DNA from: Octopus vulgaris
Taxonomy: Eukaryota
Assembly (NCBI GenBank): GCA_951406725.2
Contig: OX597840.1
Coordinates: 36,332,001-36,396,000 of the forward strand
Reading direction: 5' to 3'
DNA: 64,000 bases
The translations under genes were made by a program, and so were the position numbers. Below are positions 63,677-64,000 of the stretch, one piece after another; the first letter of the stretch is position 1; each line of letters opens with the position of its first letter. The notes below the pieces were generated by a model. The model saw only the letters and a list, made by a program, of their open reading frames with translations, ran no database searches and was not told the origin of the DNA.

Positions 63677-64000
63677 CTTTAAAAGATAATATTAATCGTT
63701 TTTACTATAGGTATGAGGCCTGAAATTTTCGGGTAGGGGACTAGTTGATTACATTGATCTTAGTCTTTTACTGGTACTTAATTTACCGATCCTGAAAGGA
63801 TGAAAGGCAAAGTCGACCTCAGCGGTATTTGAACTCAGACCGTGGAGACAGACGAAGTAGCCCTATACATTATAATAACCAAAGGTACAAGGTCAATTTT
63901 GGGGGTTGAGAAGTGAGATGTGTCAAAGACATTCACTGCTGCTGTTTATGATTGGTACATTAATATTTTACTGAGCTCTCAATCCCGTCTCAAAGAATGA

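Overview
AT-rich, repeat-dense eukaryotic genomic DNA, most likely from an octopus (coleoid cephalopod). That call is an inference from the C2H2 zinc-finger array genes and the tRNA-derived SINE, mariner, Penelope and (TA)n landscape. Genes: (1) two divergently oriented paralogous poly-C2H2 genes, 7189-8799 (-) with 19 finger units and 17264-18679 (+) with 16, which share an identical splice acceptor and 29-nt leader containing the same 8-codon uORF; (2) a minus-strand gene of 9 coding exons (24083-42089), assembled by hand because the ORF track misses it, encoding ankyrin repeats plus two Mind bomb-type RING fingers but none of the N-terminal Notch-ligand-binding domains, with a single frameshift near 34693; (3) a probable terminal coding exon at 63473-63676 (-) of a gene extending past the window. 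The rest is transposable-element debris: mariner/Tc1 copies with TIRs, a Helitron, a Gypsy remnant, CR1-, RTE- and R4/Dong-type LINEs, Penelope-like fragments, SINEs and MITEs. There are also several long palindromes, a 206-bp satellite and a 100-N gap. All coordinates were read by eye and no database searches were run.
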